This document shows positions 27,964-37,664 of a stretch of DNA of 48,070 bases, one piece after another. The stretch lies in NCBI GenBank assembly GCA_007130745.1, contig SLRW01000099.1, forward strand, positions 1 through 48,070. The letters run 5' to 3'. Both the position numbers and the translations under genes were made by a program. Source of the DNA: Gammaproteobacteria bacterium. Lineage in GTDB: Bacteria > Pseudomonadota > Gammaproteobacteria > UBA5335 > SLRW01. Numbering within the stretch: the first letter of the stretch is position 1; each line of letters opens with the position of its first letter. The notes under the pieces are model-generated. The model did not search any database and was not told the DNA's origin. It was given only the letters and a program-made list of their open reading frames with translations.

Positions 27964-29182
27964 TGGCGTCACACTGCTGTTTCTGCTGCTCCCTGTAGCC
28001 GCGGCAACGGGCTGGTGGGCAGCCCGACAGCGTTATCGCAAATCCGACGGTGCCGAATCCTCCTCGCGCCTGAGTAGTCATTATCTCAAAGGAATGAACT
28101 ACCTCATCAACGAGCAGCCCGACAAGGCGCTTGAGGTATTCATTTACCTTGCGGAAGTAGATAACGAAACCATTGATACACATCTTGCCCTGGGCGCATT
28201 GTTCCGGCGTCGTGGTGAGGTTGACCGCGCGATCCGGATTCACCAGAACATCATTGCCCGACCCACCCTCAGCCAGGCACATCGAAATACGGCTCTGTTT
28301 GAGTTGGCCCAGGATTATCTGCGTGCCGGGGTGCTGGATCGGGCTGAGACCCTGTTTGCAGAGCTGCAGGACCAGCCGGTATACAGCGCTGATGCGTTGC
28401 GTTGCCTGGTGCAGATCTATGAACAGGAGAAAGACTGGTCTCAAGCTATTGTTGTCGCACGTCGGCTGGAGCGGGTGAGTGGCCAGCCTATGCAGGCGGT
28501 CATTGCCCAGTACCACTGCGAGCTGGCTGAGGTGGCGATGGCCGAGGGGGGGCACCGAAAGGCCGGGGATCATCTGCGCCGGGCATTGATAGCACACCGT
28601 GGCTGTGTCCGGGCCAGCATGCTGCAAGGTGACCTGGCGAGGGAGGGCGGCGACTATACATCGGCAGCACGCGCCTACAGGCGGGTACTGGATCAGGATA
28701 TGCGCTATTTCAGCGAGGTCCTGGACGCGGCACGCGAGAGTTTTGGCCGAAGCGGCGACTTCCGTGGCGAACGGGCTTTTTTGCATGAAATCGCCCTGCG
28801 TCTTCAGCGTAATGGTGATGCCGGCCCATCCCGGCGGGGTAAGCTGATGGAAATGACCGACTCTGAAGAGGTCAGTCGACATTTCCGGCAGTACGTGCAG
28901 GGCAATCCAGATGTGGACGGGATTTATGAATTTCTGGTGGCGCTGGAAGATCTTGGCTCGGCGGCGGGTGGTGATGAAGGAGCGGCGCTTGATGCGGTGA
29001 GACGCGGGCTTGGTCATGTGCTTTCCCGCACTGACCATTATCGTTGCCAGAATTGTGGTTTTTCCGGCAGGCAAATGCACTGGCAGTGCCCCAGTTGCAG
29101 AACCTGGGGCAGTGTGCTGCCCACCCGGGACCGAATGGCGGCGGCGGCGAGTAGTTGCCGCAGTGCTTTGGGCGGGGGATGA
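27953..29182 (+). CDS. lapB: Lipopolysaccharide assembly protein B (YciM): N-terminal TM helix, TPR repeats and a C-terminal rubredoxin-like zinc site
   Basis: It has an N-terminal TM helix, TPR repeats (ALGALFRRRGEVDRAIRIHQN...), and the C-terminal YRCQNCGFSGRQMHWQCPSCRTWGS. Confidence 0.9.
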   Translation: MAIDGVTLLFLLLPVAAATGWWAARQRYRKSDGAESSSRLSSHYLKGMNYLINEQPDKALEVFIYLAEVDNETIDTHLALGALFRRRGEVDRAIRIHQNIIARPTLSQAHRNTALFELAQDYLRAGVLDRAETLFAELQDQPVYSADALRCLVQIYEQEKDWSQAIVVARRLERVSGQPMQAVIAQYHCELAEVAMAEGGHRKAGDHLRRALIAHRGCVRASMLQGDLAREGGDYTSAARAYRRVLDQDMRYFSEVLDAARESFGRSGDFRGERAFLHEIALRLQRNGDAGPSRRGKLMEMTDSEEVSRHFRQYVQGNPDVDGIYEFLVALEDLGSAAGGDEGAALDAVRRGLGHVLSRTDHYRCQNCGFSGRQMHWQCPSCRTWGSVLPTRDRMAAAASSCRSALGGG

Positions 29183-29277
29183 GGCCGGCTTGCCCCGGAA
29201 GTGACGCGGTGCTAGGTTATGGGGGTTGGCGGTTGTGTATGGCCGTTGGCATTGACCGCCCGAGGGCGGTTATGGAT

Positions 29278-29318
29278 GCGGCGTTTTTCGCCGGTCCTGG
29301 CAGGGACGCCGCTTTTTT
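29278..29318 (+). terminator. Rho-independent terminator candidate after lapB
   Basis: GCGGCGT(TTTT)...(GGGA)ACGCCGC forms a 7 bp Watson-Crick stem, extendable by G-U pairs. It is followed directly by TTTTTT (29313-29318). A smaller ACCGCCC/GGGCGGT hairpin precedes it. Confidence 0.6.
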
Positions 29319-29342
29319 AAACGACACCACATGGAGGTGATC

Positions 29343-29615
29343 ATGAAAGCACTTCGTATTCTGGGCCTTGTGGCCCTGCTCGCCCTTTCGCCTGTCGCCG
29401 TGATGGCCGGCAGCGTCAATATCAATACCGCGGATGCCGAGACGCTGGCCGATTCCCTTGATGGTATCGGTCCGGTCAAGGCTCGGGCGATTGTGGAATA
29501 CCGCGAGGCCAACGGTGAGTTTGGCAGTGTGGAAGATCTGCTTGAGGTCAGCGGTATTGGTGCGGGTACAGTGGAGGCCGTGCGAGATCGGGTAATGACT
29601 GGCGAGAGTGAATAA
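29343..29615 (+). CDS. comEA: ComEA-family helix-hairpin-helix DNA-binding protein (secreted)
   Basis: It has a signal peptide (MKALRILGLVALLALSPVAVMA) followed by VNINTADAETLADSLDGIGPVKARAIVEYREANGEFGSVEDLLEVSGIG. Confidence 0.88.
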   Translation: MKALRILGLVALLALSPVAVMAGSVNINTADAETLADSLDGIGPVKARAIVEYREANGEFGSVEDLLEVSGIGAGTVEAVRDRVMTGESE

Positions 29616-29633
29616 CCTGGCCTGATGACCCGT

Positions 29634-29662
29634 GAAGGGCCCCACCGGGGCCCTTCTTTTTT
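29634..29662 (+). terminator. Rho-independent terminator after comEA
   Basis: GAAGGGCCC(C)-acc-(G)GGGCCCTTC forms a 9-10 bp GC-rich stem. It is followed immediately by TTTTTT. Confidence 0.85.
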
Positions 29663-29764
29663 AAGCGCTTTAAGGAAATACTGCTCAATTCGTCGCACCG
29701 GGGGGGCAAATGCCGTTACAATGCATCTCTGATTTCTTAGAGACATCACGGAGCTGCGGGCCTT

Positions 29765-30676
29765 ATGAGTCCTGATTTACCCCCACCTGGTGTGGTGCGA
29801 AAGGCGGTTTTCCCGGTGGCCGGGCTGGGTACCCGTTTTCTGCCGGCCACCAAGGCCAGCCCCAAGGAAATGCTGCCCGTTGTCGACAAACCGCTGGTAC
29901 AGTATGCAGTGGAGGAAGCGGTGGCCGCCGGCATCGAAGTGCTGGTCTTTATTAACGGTCGTAACAAGACCTCTATCCCGGACCACTTTGACAAGGCATA
30001 CGAGCTGGAAAAAGAGCTTGAGGCCCGCGGCAAACAACAGATGCTGGAGGTGGTTCAGGGGATTGTGCCGCCGCATGTCTCCTGTGTTTATATCCGTCAG
30101 GCCGAGGCGCTGGGGCTGGGCCATGCGGTGCTATGTGCGCGCCCGGTGGTCGGAAATGAACCCTTTGCTGTCCTGCTGGCCGATGATCTTATCGACGGAC
30201 AGGGGGAGTCGGCACTGGCGCAGATGGCGCGTGTGTATGCCGAGCACCAGACCAGCGTGCTGGGCGTCGAAGTGGTTGATGGGCCGGAAATCAGTCGCTA
30301 TGGCGTGGTGGCCACCGATGATGATAACGGTGACAGTGCCCTGATCAACGGGATCGTGGAGAAACCCCCGGCGAATGAGGCGCCCTCAAATCTCGGGGTA
30401 GTGGGGCGGTATATTCTCGAGCCACGCATATTCGATTTGCTGGAGGCGGTGCCGCGAGGCTCCGGAGGGGAATATCAGCTGACGGATGCCATCGCTGCCC
30501 TGCTTGAGGAGCAGCGGGTGCTGGCGCACAGGATACGCGGGCGTCGCTATGACTGTGGCAGCAAACTCGGCTATCTCCAGGCGACGGTGGATTACGCGCT
30601 CAAGCATCCCGAATTGCGTGAAGGTTTCCGTGATTATTTGCGCGAATTGACTGCCAATGGCAGCTTCAGCGCGTGA
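29765..30676 (+). CDS. galU: UTP--glucose-1-phosphate uridylyltransferase
   Basis: [40 protein letters not shown] and VEKP are present. Confidence 0.93.
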   Translation: MSPDLPPPGVVRKAVFPVAGLGTRFLPATKASPKEMLPVVDKPLVQYAVEEAVAAGIEVLVFINGRNKTSIPDHFDKAYELEKELEARGKQQMLEVVQGIVPPHVSCVYIRQAEALGLGHAVLCARPVVGNEPFAVLLADDLIDGQGESALAQMARVYAEHQTSVLGVEVVDGPEISRYGVVATDDDNGDSALINGIVEKPPANEAPSNLGVVGRYILEPRIFDLLEAVPRGSGGEYQLTDAIAALLEEQRVLAHRIRGRRYDCGSKLGYLQATVDYALKHPELREGFRDYLRELTANGSFSA

Positions 30677-30685
30677 GTGACTCGC

Positions 30686-31480
30686 TCAGCGTTGCTCCAG
30701 ATGAGGGCCGATCTCACGCACCAGGGCGGCGAACATGGCCGGGTTACCCGCCACGATATTGCCTTCGTCAAGGCAGCGCGGCTGGCCGTGGAGATTACCA
30801 GTGACACCCCCGGCCTCCTGAACCAGCAGCATGCCTGCAGCAATGTCCCAGGGCTGCAGCCCGAGCTCCCAGAACCCGTCATGTCGGCCGCAGGCAACCC
30901 AGGCCAGGTCCAGGGCCGCGGAGCCGGCCCGACGAATGCCGCTGCTTTCAAGCATGATCTGCCGCAGCATGCCGAAATAGGCATCAATATGGGTGAAATC
31001 GCGATAGGGCAGGCCGGTGGCGATCAGGCCATCGCGCAGATGACGACAGGCGCTGACGCGTATGCGGCGATCATCCAGAAAAGCGCCGTTACCGCGGCTG
31101 GCAGTGAACAGTTCCTGGCGCATGGGGTCATAGATCACCCCGTGTTCCAGTCGGCCCGCAACCTGTACCGCGATGGAGACGGCAAATTGGGGTACGCCGT
31201 GAATAAAATTGGTGGTGCCGTCCAGCGGGTCGATGATCCAGCAGGTGTCACTGCTGCCGCTGGCGCCGCTTTCCTCGGCAAGAAAGGCGTGGTCCGGATA
31301 GGCCTTGCGCACGGTCTCGATAATGACCTGTTCAGCCTGTTGGTCGGCTTCGGTGACAAAATCGTTGCGCTGTTTGGCGGTGACCGTGAGATGGTCCAGC
31401 CGTTTGGCCTGACGGGCGATGCCGTCACCGGCACGGCGAGCCGCGCGGATGGCAATATTAAGCAATGGGTGCATGGTCAT
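30686..31480 (-). CDS. suhB: Inositol-1-monophosphatase family protein
   Basis: LLNIAIRAARRAG, EESG and WIIDPLDGTTNF are metal-binding motifs. It is divergent from trmJ, as in other gammaproteobacteria. Confidence 0.92.
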   Translation of the reverse strand: MTMHPLLNIAIRAARRAGDGIARQAKRLDHLTVTAKQRNDFVTEADQQAEQVIIETVRKAYPDHAFLAEESGASGSSDTCWIIDPLDGTTNFIHGVPQFAVSIAVQVAGRLEHGVIYDPMRQELFTASRGNGAFLDDRRIRVSACRHLRDGLIATGLPYRDFTHIDAYFGMLRQIMLESSGIRRAGSAALDLAWVACGRHDGFWELGLQPWDIAAGMLLVQEAGGVTGNLHGQPRCLDEGNIVAGNPAMFAALVREIGPHLEQR

Positions 31481-31566
31481 GTTCCCGGGGTTGCCGGATG
31501 GCGACTTGAACGGGGTGCAGCATACCAGAGCGTTGAACTTTGCGCTGCGTTTGCGGGATCAATCCG

Positions 31567-32307
31567 ATGATGAACAATGTCCGTGTCGTACTGGTGGAAA
31601 CTTCACATGCCGGGAATATAGGCGCGGCAGCCCGTGCCATGAAGACTATGGGGCTGAGCCGGCTGGTGTTGGTGTCCCCCCGGCAGTTCCCGGCGGCTGA
31701 GGCCACGGCCATGGCCGCGGGGGCTGACGACTTGCTGGCCGGCGCTGAATGCGTGGAAAGCCTGGGGCAGGCCCTTGCCGGCTGCAGTCTGGTGGTGGGC
31801 AGTAGTGCCCGGCCCCGGCGTTTGCGTATGCCGGTGATGACGCCCAGGGCAATGATGCGTGAGGTGAGCGCCCAGCCTGACAGCGAAGAGATTGCTCTGG
31901 TTTTCGGGCGTGAACGCAGCGGTCTGACCAACGATGAACTGGGGTTTTGCCACCTGCTGGCCGAGATACCCGCTGATCCGGATTACAGCTCGCTGAATGT
32001 GGCTTCGGCGGTGCAAATTATGACTTATGAACTGCGCCTGGCGGCCGGCGAAGATCAGGTCCGGGCGGACAGGGTGCCCATGGCGCCGCTGGCTACCAGT
32101 CAGGAAATGCAGCATTTTTACACCCATCTTGAGGAGGTGCTGGTGCAAACCGGGTTTCTGGATCAGGGTAATCCGCGTCATTTAATGCGCCGCTTGCACC
32201 GGCTTTTCAATCGGGTGCGCCCGGATAAAAACGAAATCAATATTCTTCGGGGAATTCTGGCATCGGTGCAGACCTGGCGCAGCGAGGTCGGCAAGGGGCG
32301 TGAATAA
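31567..32307 (+). CDS. trmJ: tRNA (cytidine/uridine-2'-O)-methyltransferase TrmJ (SpoU family)
   Basis: VRVVLVETSHAGNIGAAARAMKTMG, LVFGRERSGLTNDEL and LNVASAVQIMTYEL are present. I chose the ATG at 31567. Confidence 0.9.
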   Translation: MMNNVRVVLVETSHAGNIGAAARAMKTMGLSRLVLVSPRQFPAAEATAMAAGADDLLAGAECVESLGQALAGCSLVVGSSARPRRLRMPVMTPRAMMREVSAQPDSEEIALVFGRERSGLTNDELGFCHLLAEIPADPDYSSLNVASAVQIMTYELRLAAGEDQVRADRVPMAPLATSQEMQHFYTHLEEVLVQTGFLDQGNPRHLMRRLHRLFNRVRPDKNEINILRGILASVQTWRSEVGKGRE

Positions 32308-32328
32308 ATCCTCGTGCCGGGGGCTGCG

Positions 32329-32367
32329 TTGGTCAGGGTGTCGGCCCGCGCGTATAATTGGCGGGCC
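32329..32367 (+). promoter_or_regulatory. Candidate cysE-isc operon promoter (TTGGTC -N18- TATAAT), with its -10 bracketed by a 7-bp inverted repeat
   Basis: A perfect TATAAT lies at 32353-32358 and a -35-like TTGGTC at 32329-32334. The repeat GGCCCGC (32343-32349) / GCGGGCC (32361-32367) flanks the -10. Confidence 0.45.
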
Positions 32368-32411
32368 ATGGCCGAGCAGGCGTGGTGTTCCCCTGTGTGA
32401 CGGAGAATGAA

Positions 32412-33257
32412 GTGATTTTGTTCAGGGCTCTGAGAGAAGATATCGCCTGCGTGTTCGAACGTGACCCCGCTGCGCGCAACCGTTTCGAGGTGCTGACTAC
32501 CTATCCCGGGGTGCATGCGCTGATCTCACATCGCCTGGCGCATCGGCTGTGGGGCTGGCGTTTGCGTTGGCTGGCGCGTTTTATTGCCCATATTTCACGC
32601 TGGCTTACGGGTATAGAAATCCACCCCGGGGCCACTATCGGCCGGCGTTTTTTTATTGACCATGGCATGGGCGTGGTGATTGGCGAGACGGCGATCATTG
32701 GTGATGACTGCACGCTCTACCATGGCGTGACCCTGGGCGGCACCAGCTGGGAAAAGGGAAAGCGCCATCCGCATCTTGGCAATAATGTAGTGATTGGCGC
32801 CGGCGCCAAGGTGCTGGGGCCGGTCCATGTGGGTGATGGCGGGCGTATTGGCTCCAACAGCGTGGTGGTCAGGGATGTGCCCGCCGGCGCGACCATGGTG
32901 GGGGTGCCTGCCCGGCTGGTGCAACCGCGTACCCACGAAGGTGAGCCGATGGCTCATCGCCAGGCGATTGCCCGCAAGATGGGTTTTGATGCCTACGGCC
33001 TGACGCGTGAGATGCCTGACCCGGTTTCCAATGCGGTCAACGGCATGCTTGATCATATTCACGAGATGGACCAGCGCATACAGGAACTCTCCGATGCAGT
33101 GTGTGAGCTGGCCGGGCATGGACAGGTGGAACTGTCGAATTTCGAGCCTTGCCGTGTCAGTGGTGTGGAGCCAGCTACGGCCGATGAAGATGCCGCTGCG
33201 GAAACCGGAAACCCGGATCAGTCAGCCACCCGCCACGATGGTGAATCGCGCGGATGA
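32412..33257 (+). CDS. cysE: Serine O-acetyltransferase (short N-terminal type, long C-terminal extension)
   Basis: [27 protein letters not shown], with hexapeptide repeats ([41 protein letters not shown]...). The GTG at 32412 lies 6 nt after GGAG (32402-32405). The TTG at 32418 is equally possible. Confidence 0.88.
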   Translation: MILFRALREDIACVFERDPAARNRFEVLTTYPGVHALISHRLAHRLWGWRLRWLARFIAHISRWLTGIEIHPGATIGRRFFIDHGMGVVIGETAIIGDDCTLYHGVTLGGTSWEKGKRHPHLGNNVVIGAGAKVLGPVHVGDGGRIGSNSVVVRDVPAGATMVGVPARLVQPRTHEGEPMAHRQAIARKMGFDAYGLTREMPDPVSNAVNGMLDHIHEMDQRIQELSDAVCELAGHGQVELSNFEPCRVSGVEPATADEDAAAETGNPDQSATRHDGESRG

Positions 33258-33303
33258 ATCGCCCGGGTGGTCTGCGTAACCGCCGTCAACCAGGTTGCTC
33301 ATC

Positions 33304-34497
33304 ATGTCTTCCCAGCCGGTCTATCTGGATCATGCCGCCACCACGCCAGTTGACCCTCGTGTGATTGACCGCATGCAGGCTTGTCTGGGGCGCAAGGGCG
33401 TATTTGCCAATCCTGCTTCCGACTCACATGCGCCGGGGCGCGCCGCGGCACGCGAGGTCGAACTGGCCCGGCAGGCGCTGGCCGAGCTGACGGGCGCTGA
33501 TCCGCGTGAGCTGGTGTGGACTTCCGGGGCCACCGAGGCCATTAACCTGGCGATTCTCGGGGGCGCGCGTTTCCACGCCGGCCGGGGCCGCCATGTGGTG
33601 ACCTCGGCGATAGAACACCGGGCCACCCTGGATGCCTGTCGGGCGCTGGAAGCGGAAGGCTTCGAGGTGACCCGCGTGGACTGTGGCAGCGATGGCCGTG
33701 TCAGTCCGCAAGCGCTGGCGGATGCCTTGCGCCCCGATACGGTGCTTGCCTCGGTGATGCACGTCAATAATGAAACCGGGGTGATCCAGGATATTGAAAG
33801 CATTGCCGGCGTTTGCAGCGAAGCCGGTGTAGCACTGCACGTGGATGCCGCCCAGAGTCTGGGCAAGCTCCCCATTGACCTGGGCCGGCTGCCGGTGGCG
33901 ATGATGTCTTTTTCGGCGCACAAGTTGTATGGCCCCAAGGGCATTGGGGCGCTGTTCCTGCGGCGCCGGCCACGGGCCCGGGTGACGCCGTTGATGTATG
34001 GGGGCGGTCATGAGCGCGGCTTGCGCCCCGGGACGCTTGCTACCCATCAGATTGCCGGTATGGGCGAGGCCTGTCGTATTGCCATACAGCGGCTTGAGCA
34101 GGATCAGCAGCACCTTTCCGGTCTTGCCGATCGATTGTGGCAGGGGTTGCGGAGACCGGGAGGAGTGAGTTTTAACGGTGACCCGGACAGGCGTATCCCC
34201 GGGATTCTTAATCTGCATGTGGCCGGCATTGATGGTGAATCACTGGTGGCAGGCGCGCCGGGGGTGGCGTTTGCCCTGGGGTCGGCCTGCACTTCCGCCA
34301 GCCCGGAGCCTTCGCACGTGCTGCGGGCTATGGGTCATGACGAACAGCATATACGCGCTTCGCTGCGGCTTTCGCCCGGGCGGTTTACTACCGCGGCGGA
34401 AATTGATGTCGCGGTGGCCGAGCTGTTGGCCGAGATTGCCCGCTTGCGTGAGTTGTCGCCGTTGTGGCACTCCGGTGGGGAGGCCCTGCCGCAGTGA
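33304..34497 (+). CDS. iscS: Cysteine desulfurase, IscS/NifS class
   Basis: VYLDHAATTPVDPRV, the PLP-Lys context SFSAHKLYGPKGIGALFLRRRP, the catalytic-Cys loop LGSACTSASPEPSHVLRAMG, and the C-terminal LRELSPLW. Confidence 0.9.
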   Translation: MSSQPVYLDHAATTPVDPRVIDRMQACLGRKGVFANPASDSHAPGRAAAREVELARQALAELTGADPRELVWTSGATEAINLAILGGARFHAGRGRHVVTSAIEHRATLDACRALEAEGFEVTRVDCGSDGRVSPQALADALRPDTVLASVMHVNNETGVIQDIESIAGVCSEAGVALHVDAAQSLGKLPIDLGRLPVAMMSFSAHKLYGPKGIGALFLRRRPRARVTPLMYGGGHERGLRPGTLATHQIAGMGEACRIAIQRLEQDQQHLSGLADRLWQGLRRPGGVSFNGDPDRRIPGILNLHVAGIDGESLVAGAPGVAFALGSACTSASPEPSHVLRAMGHDEQHIRASLRLSPGRFTTAAEIDVAVAELLAEIARLRELSPLWHSGGEALPQ

Positions 34498-34871
34498 GTG
34501 AGTATTATCCCGAGAGCCATCCGGTGTGGCGGCTGTTTCGTGAGACGCCGGGCGCCGGCGAGCTGGCGGAAGCGCCTGATGTGCTTGTCAGTGAGGCACG
34601 TTCGCCCGCCGATGGCGCCGTGTTGCGTCTGTCTGTGCAGGTGATGGACGGGGTGCTTGTGCAGGTGCGTTTCAAGGCATTCGGTTGTCCCGCGTGCATT
34701 GCTTGTGGCGCCTGGCTGGTCAGTCGACTTGAGGGGCAGGGAACCGAAGCGCTTGCCGGGGTGTCTGTGGTGGCATTAGCCGAAGGTCTTCAGCTGCCGG
34801 CTACTCGGCGCCATTGTGCCGTGCTGGCCGAAGAAGTTGCTCACGATTTGCATGCGCGGCTGGCCCGATAA
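34494..34871 (+). CDS. Divergent IscU/NifU-N-like scaffold protein
   Basis: By eye it aligns to E. coli IscU from the first ligand loop to the C-terminal helix. RFKAFGCPACIACGAWL aligns to RFKTYGCGSAIASSSLV, and LPATRRHCAVLAEEVAHDL aligns to LPPVKIHCSILAEDAIKAAI. SPADGAV sits where IscU has APACGDV. It has a GTGA start/stop overlap with iscS. Confidence 0.7.
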   Translation: MSEYYPESHPVWRLFRETPGAGELAEAPDVLVSEARSPADGAVLRLSVQVMDGVLVQVRFKAFGCPACIACGAWLVSRLEGQGTEALAGVSVVALAEGLQLPATRRHCAVLAEEVAHDLHARLAR

Positions 34872-34942
34872 CGCGCAAAAACCGGGCCTTGTAGGTTACA
34901 ATGCCCGGTGGCGCTGAAAATTTCCGGCGAGGAGGTTCGATT

Positions 34943-35266
34943 ATGTCCATTACCCTGACTGAAGCTGCCGCCGAGCGGGTGCGTTCTCATCTGGCCCGGC
35001 GTGGTCATGGCGTGGGGCTGCGGCTGGGCGTGCGCACTACCGGCTGCTCGGGTATGGCCTATGTTGTCGATTATGCCGATGAAGTCGGCAAGGACGACGC
35101 GGTGTTCGAGGATCACGGGGTGAAGGTTATCGTCGATCATCATGCTCTGCAGTACATCGATGGTACGGAGCTCGACTTTGTGCGCCAGGGGCTGAATGAG
35201 TCTTTCCAGTTCCGCAATCCCAATGTGAAGGATGAATGCGGTTGCGGCGAGAGTTTCAACGTATAG
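34943..35266 (+). CDS. iscA: Iron-sulfur cluster insertion protein, IscA/HesB (A-type carrier)
   Basis: [13 protein letters not shown]...[15 protein letters not shown]...[16 protein letters not shown] has the Cx(n)CGC ligand pattern. A GAGGAGG Shine-Dalgarno sequence lies upstream of the ATG at 34943. Confidence 0.9.
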   Translation: MSITLTEAAAERVRSHLARRGHGVGLRLGVRTTGCSGMAYVVDYADEVGKDDAVFEDHGVKVIVDHHALQYIDGTELDFVRQGLNESFQFRNPNVKDECGCGESFNV

Positions 35267-35277
35267 GCGGGTGTGAT

Positions 35278-35325
35278 CACCGGCTGCCAGGCCGGTGTGA
35301 GCGCTTTTTATCTTTTTTTATTTTC
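35278..35325 (+). terminator. Terminator candidate after iscA
   Basis: CACCGGC-tgccag-GCCGGTG is followed, 7 nt later, by a long T-rich tract (CTTTTTATCTTTTTTTATTTT). It separates the isc genes from ndk. Confidence 0.6.
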
Positions 35326-35341
35326 AGACGGAGAGGAATGA

Positions 35342-35773
35342 ATGGCCGTGGAACGCACGCTTTCTATTATCAAGCCCGATGCTGTGGCAAAGAATGTCAT
35401 TGGTGAAATCTACAGCCGCTTTGAAAAAGGCGGTCTGCGTATTGTTGCTGCCCGCATGGCGCAACTTGATCGTGAACAGGCCGAGGCTTTTTACGCGGTG
35501 CATCGGGAGCGGCCATTTTTTTCCGCATTGGTGGAATTCATGATTTCCGGTCCGGTGATGGTTCAGGTACTTGAAGGCGAAGGCGCAATTGCGCGCAATC
35601 GCGAGATCATGGGCGCCACGAACCCCAAAGAGGCTGATCCCGGCACCATTCGCGCCGACTTTGCCGACTCCATCGACGCTAATGCTGTGCATGGCTCGGA
35701 CGCGCCGGAAACTGCTCGCGAGGAAATTGCCTTTTTCTTCAGCGAAGACCAGATCTGTCCGCGCCAGGCCTGA
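35342..35773 (+). CDS. ndk: Nucleoside-diphosphate kinase
   Basis: [23 protein letters not shown] and the active-site [15 protein letters not shown] Shine-Dalgarno sequence lies upstream. Confidence 0.96.
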   Translation: MAVERTLSIIKPDAVAKNVIGEIYSRFEKGGLRIVAARMAQLDREQAEAFYAVHRERPFFSALVEFMISGPVMVQVLEGEGAIARNREIMGATNPKEADPGTIRADFADSIDANAVHGSDAPETAREEIAFFFSEDQICPRQA

Positions 35774-35793
35774 GCCGTTGCAGGTGATATGCA

Positions 35794-36909
35794 ATGAATG
35801 AGCAGCCCGCCACTCGCCAGAACTTGATGGGGCTGGACCAACAGGGATTGGAGGCATTTTTCCTCGACATGGGGGAAAAGCGTTTCCGTGCCCGACAGGT
35901 CATGCAATGGATCCATCAGCATGGGGTGCTGGATTTCGACAGCATGACCAATCTGGGCAAGGCGCTGCGCAGCCGGCTTGCGGAGGTCGCCGAGGTGCGT
36001 GCGCCACGGGTGATTTTGCGCAAGCAATCCGATGACGGCACTCGCAAGTGGTTGCTTCAGCTCGACGGAGGCGGGGCGGTGGAAACCGTGTTTATCCCCG
36101 AGAGTGACCGCGGCACGTTGTGTGTGTCATCCCAGGTGGGGTGTGCGCTGGACTGTTCGTTTTGTTCTACCGCGCAACAGGGCCTGAGCCGCAACATGAG
36201 CTCGGCGGAAATCATCAGCCAGCTGTGGCTGGTGCGCCAGGAGCTGTTGGCTGAAACCGGCGACTCGCGGGCCATCAGTAATGTAGTGCTTATGGGGATG
36301 GGCGAGCCCCTGCTCAACTTCAATCAGGTGCTGCCTGCCTTGCGCCTGATGCTGGATGATTTTGCCTATGGCCTGTCAAAGCGCCGTGTCACACTGAGCA
36401 CCGCCGGGGTGGTGCCGGCCATGGACCGTCTGCGCGAAGAATGCGATGTGGCCCTGGCGGTGTCTTTGCATGCGCCTGATGATCCCCTGCGTGATGAGCT
36501 TGTGCCCATCAATCGCAAGTTCCCCGTGGCCGAGCTGATGGACGCCTGTCGGCGGTATGTCAGGGATCGCAACCATAAAACCCATGTGACTTTTGAGTAT
36601 GTGATGCTTGATGGCGTCAATGATCAGCCGGAGCAGGCCCGGGCGCTGGTAAAACTGCTTCAGGGCGTACCGGCCAAGGTTAATCTGATTCCCTTCAACC
36701 CCTTCCCGGGCACGGTTTACCGTTGCTCGCCGGCCGATGTTATCGCGCGCTTTCAGGATATACTGCATCATCACGGGGTGCGCACGATTACCCGCAGGAC
36801 ACGGGGTGACGATATCGATGCGGCCTGCGGGCAGTTGGTGGGGCGTGTTAACGGGCGTGCCCGACGGATCCGGCGGGCCTCGGGTGCGGCAGGAGTAGCA
36901 ACGGCATGA
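35794..36909 (+). CDS. rlmN: 23S rRNA/tRNA (adenine-C2)-methyltransferase, radical SAM
   Basis: [12 protein letters not shown], the radical-SAM motif [19 protein letters not shown] and DIDAACGQL are present. Confidence 0.94.
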   Translation: MNEQPATRQNLMGLDQQGLEAFFLDMGEKRFRARQVMQWIHQHGVLDFDSMTNLGKALRSRLAEVAEVRAPRVILRKQSDDGTRKWLLQLDGGGAVETVFIPESDRGTLCVSSQVGCALDCSFCSTAQQGLSRNMSSAEIISQLWLVRQELLAETGDSRAISNVVLMGMGEPLLNFNQVLPALRLMLDDFAYGLSKRRVTLSTAGVVPAMDRLREECDVALAVSLHAPDDPLRDELVPINRKFPVAELMDACRRYVRDRNHKTHVTFEYVMLDGVNDQPEQARALVKLLQGVPAKVNLIPFNPFPGTVYRCSPADVIARFQDILHHHGVRTITRRTRGDDIDAACGQLVGRVNGRARRIRRASGAAGVATA

Positions 36910-37664
36910 CATTGAGATCCATGATATCGGTTGTTTTGCTGGCGGGGCCGCTGGTCCTGTCCGGTTGCGCTACAACCACTGAAGATGAACGTTTCAGTTC
37001 CTCCATGGACCGGGCGGCAGAGATTAATACCCGGCTGGGTGTGGGGTATATGCAGCAAGGACAGAACCAACTCGCCAGAGAGAAGCTGTTGCGGGCACTG
37101 GACCAGAATCCGCGTTATGCACCGGCTCACCGGGCCATGGCTGAAGTGTATGTGCGCATGGGCGACCCTGATGAAGCCGAGAATCACTATCGGCGTTCGC
37201 TCCGGCTGGATTCGGGAAATCCGGAAACCCGTAACAATTACGGGGTATTCCTGTGTGATCAGGGGCGCTTTAGCGAAGCAGATCGCCAGTTCCGAAACGC
37301 GGCGCAGAACCGCGACTACTCAACACCGGAGTTTGCCTGGACCAATGCCGGTGTTTGTGCTCGCATGGATGGCAAGGATGACAAGGCAGAGGAGTATTTC
37401 CGTAATGCCCTGCGGCTTAATCCCGGGTTTCCCAGTGCCCTGATCGAAATGGGCGAGTTGCATTATGATCGCGGTGACTATCCGCGCGCGCGCAGTTTTG
37501 TGCAGAATTTTCACAGTGTGGTTCGGCCCACTGCCCGCAGTCTGTGGCTGGGCGTGCGTGCGGCGCGGGAAGTCGGTGACAATGAGCAGGCGGCGATGTT
37601 TGCCCGACGCTTGCGCGAGGATTTCCCCGACTCCCGTGAAGCGCGTCAGCTGGAGGAGTCGTGA
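36906..37664 (+). CDS. pilW: Type IV pilus biogenesis/stability TPR lipoprotein (PilW; PilF in P. aeruginosa nomenclature)
   Basis: It has a lipobox (LVLSGC) and TPR repeats ([32 protein letters not shown]...). It occupies the conserved position between rlmN and rodZ, with an ATGA overlap with rlmN. Confidence 0.8.
   Translation: MTLRSMISVVLLAGPLVLSGCATTTEDERFSSSMDRAAEINTRLGVGYMQQGQNQLAREKLLRALDQNPRYAPAHRAMAEVYVRMGDPDEAENHYRRSLRLDSGNPETRNNYGVFLCDQGRFSEADRQFRNAAQNRDYSTPEFAWTNAGVCARMDGKDDKAEEYFRNALRLNPGFPSALIEMGELHYDRGDYPRARSFVQNFHSVVRPTARSLWLGVRAAREVGDNEQAAMFARRLREDFPDSREARQLEES

Noticed and set aside
27860-29080. A 406-aa minus-strand ORF. Similar long antisense ORFs occur at 38272..39345, 41872..42957, 26051..26860, 9872..10774, 11254..12015 and 12749..13534.
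   Set aside because: Each is antisense to a confidently identified conserved gene (lapB, rodZ/hisS, der, rpsA, rmuC, mupP and mtaD respectively). None has motifs, a signal peptide or a plausible ribosome-binding site.
34881-34909. A 7-bp inverted repeat, ACCGGGC...GCCCGGT, around TACAAT between the iscU-like gene and iscA. A similar AAGGCG...CGCCTT repeat surrounds TATGAT in the 9090-9194 spacer.
   Set aside because: Any GC stem with an AT-rich loop mimics an 'operator over -10'. The arm sequences are unrelated to each other and to the cysE element. The run of A's lies on the wrong side for a plus-strand terminator. I treat these as probable mRNA hairpins of no special significance.
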